Below the pieces are notes generated by a model. It worked only from the letters and a program-made list of their open reading frames with translations. It was not told the DNA's origin and made no database searches. Source: Deferribacterales bacterium (lineage in GTDB: Bacteria; Chrysiogenota; Deferribacteres; Deferribacterales; Geovibrionaceae). From it: 17,776 nt of DNA. How positions within the stretch are numbered: the stretch's first letter is position 1; each line of letters opens with the position of its first letter. Shown here piece by piece: positions 16,149 through 17,776 of the stretch. The DNA is taken from NCBI GenBank assembly GCA_050253335.1, contig JBFWJG010000026.1, positions 1 to 17,776 of the forward strand. The letters are read 5' to 3'. The translations under genes and the position numbers were made by a program.

Positions 16149-17753
16149 ATGAGAAAATTACTGGTACTTATTCTTGTTCTCTTGCCCTTCGCCGCTCAGG
16201 CGAGGTTTGAGAAGATAGCCTCGGATGTTAACTCGCTCTTCAGCAGGATGGGCGGATATGTGGTCAGCGTGGACGGCAGCGTGATCTATTCGGATCTCGG
16301 CTCAGCCTCAAATATTTACCCGGGGCTTGTGCTCAAGGTTTACAGAGAGAGCGAGGAGATTATACACCCCATAACCAAGCAGGTTCTGGGCAGAAAAAAG
16401 GTGCTGATCAGCGATGCGGTGGTGAAAAGCGTTTTTGAAGGCTATTCCGAACTGGAACTCGCGGATAAAAAAGCTTTGCCGAAAGTCGGCGATGCCGTTG
16501 TCCTGAACCCTCCTGTTGAGGTCGCTTTCAGGGCGGTTAACGTGCCCACCCGCATTGAGCTTCTGCTGAAAGAGGATGTGGCAAAGGTTTCCAATGTTGT
16601 CCTTAAAGACACGGCTGGTATAGCCCTTGTTTTTACGCAGGATGAAAAAGGCGGCATATCCCTTGAGGCGAAAGACACAAAAACAGGAACACTTATCGCA
16701 AGCGCCTATTACGCCGATATCGAAGCGGAGGATTCCGGAAAGCTCACCAGAGACTCCTTTCAGAGCGAGATGATTGAAGCGGAATATGACACGATGACAG
16801 TCGGTCATATGCTGGATAAGGAAGAGATATACACCGCGGTTTCAAGCAAGGCTCAGGTTGACTTCTACAGGTTCACCGGAAAGGCCTTTGAGAAAAAAGC
16901 CGAGCTCAAGCCCGAGGGAATAAGGTTTATTGTCTCTGTGGACAGTGCGGATCTGGACGGAAACGGAATAGAGGAAGTGCTTGTTTCATGGCTTGAGTAT
17001 GACAAATTCGCCAAAACGAATGTCTATGAGTTTGACGGGGCAAAATTTGTGCTCAAGGCGGAGAAGCTTCCCTTCTTCTCCAGAGTCAGCTACGACAAGG
17101 GCAGAAAAGTTGTTCTCACGCAGAGGCTTGCCACGGACGGAACATTTGTCGGGCAGATTCAGAAGCTTGAGTATAAAGGAAGCTACGTAAGGGGAGACGC
17201 GGTTCCCGGGTCCGCCGGACGTAAACTTTTCGGCTTTGGATATGCTGATGTAAACGGCGACGGCAGTGTTAACCCTGTTTACATAAACGATGACTACAAG
17301 GTTGTTGTGGAGAAAGACGGGAAAGAAGTTTTCACAAGCGTTGAGCAGTTCAGCCAGACCCCAAAATACATCAACCTTCAGGAAGAGCAGGAAATAAGAA
17401 AAGCCACCCAGAAGATTAAGGATATAGACGCTTTTGAGGTTATTGAGCAGAGACAGCATATTAAAGGACGTGTGTTTATCAACACGGACGGAAGGCTTTA
17501 TCTGATCAAAAACCAGTCCATGTCAAACATGCTGCCTAACACATTCTCCTACAAGGGTTCCGCATTCGCAGTTTACGGCTGGGAAGGCAAAACCATGACG
17601 AAAGTCTGGGAATCCGACCTGAAGGAGCCGGTGATTGTAGACTATTATATGTATGAGGAGTACGGCAGAACCTATCTCTTCATGCTCCGCAACATATCCG
17701 GCGGGCTTTTCCGCAAAGCCACAAGCCAGATAGAGTATATAGAAACGAAATAG
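16149..17753 (+). CDS. Secreted/periplasmic protein with FG-GAP/VCBS-like repeats and a FlgT-C-like N-terminal domain; function unknown
   Basis: Signal peptide MRKLLVLILVLLPFAAQA, Ca-binding-type motifs DLDGNGIEEV and DVNGDG, beta-rich sequence, and SD AGGA overlapping the hslU stop. Confidence 0.75.
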   Translation: MRKLLVLILVLLPFAAQARFEKIASDVNSLFSRMGGYVVSVDGSVIYSDLGSASNIYPGLVLKVYRESEEIIHPITKQVLGRKKVLISDAVVKSVFEGYSELELADKKALPKVGDAVVLNPPVEVAFRAVNVPTRIELLLKEDVAKVSNVVLKDTAGIALVFTQDEKGGISLEAKDTKTGTLIASAYYADIEAEDSGKLTRDSFQSEMIEAEYDTMTVGHMLDKEEIYTAVSSKAQVDFYRFTGKAFEKKAELKPEGIRFIVSVDSADLDGNGIEEVLVSWLEYDKFAKTNVYEFDGAKFVLKAEKLPFFSRVSYDKGRKVVLTQRLATDGTFVGQIQKLEYKGSYVRGDAVPGSAGRKLFGFGYADVNGDGSVNPVYINDDYKVVVEKDGKEVFTSVEQFSQTPKYINLQEEQEIRKATQKIKDIDAFEVIEQRQHIKGRVFINTDGRLYLIKNQSMSNMLPNTFSYKGSAFAVYGWEGKTMTKVWESDLKEPVIVDYYMYEEYGRTYLFMLRNISGGLFRKATSQIEYIETK

Positions 17754-17765
17754 CTTTTTTTTGAT

Positions 17766-17776
17766 AAATCCCCCTC
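17766..17776. repeat. Probable start of another copy of the CCCCTTT/AAAGGGG-family element, truncated by the window edge
   Basis: AAATCCCCCTC is the exact reverse complement of GAGGGGGATTT (4946-4956) and lies just after a stop codon. Only 11 nt are visible. Confidence 0.5.

Overview
A mostly housekeeping bacterial chromosomal region from a Gram-negative (LPS-producing), chemotactic, probably anaerobic organism. The protein style suggests Deferribacterales or a similar lineage, but that is an impression only. Gene order: recJ-rel(relA/spoT) (+); rpmB (-); a ~760 bp structured intergenic region; DUF1858-trmB-nfeD-DUF493 (+); an OYE-family flavin oxidoreductase (-); a methyl-accepting chemotaxis protein behind a candidate sigma28 promoter (+); an LPS operon DUF374-waaA-lipid A acyltransferase-gmhB (-); hslV-hslU and a secreted FG-GAP-type protein (+). 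I see no transposase, integrase, tRNA, rRNA or CRISPR array. The most unusual part is 4465-5069, a mosaic of non-coding palindromic elements. It holds a 152-bp multi-hairpin unit in two near-identical tandem copies, two diverged partial copies (one with compensatory base-pair changes), and two further REP/REPIN-like inverted-repeat families nested one inside the other. The edge of the tandem unit overlaps the predicted -35/UP element of the rpmB promoter. All alignments and counts were done by eye.
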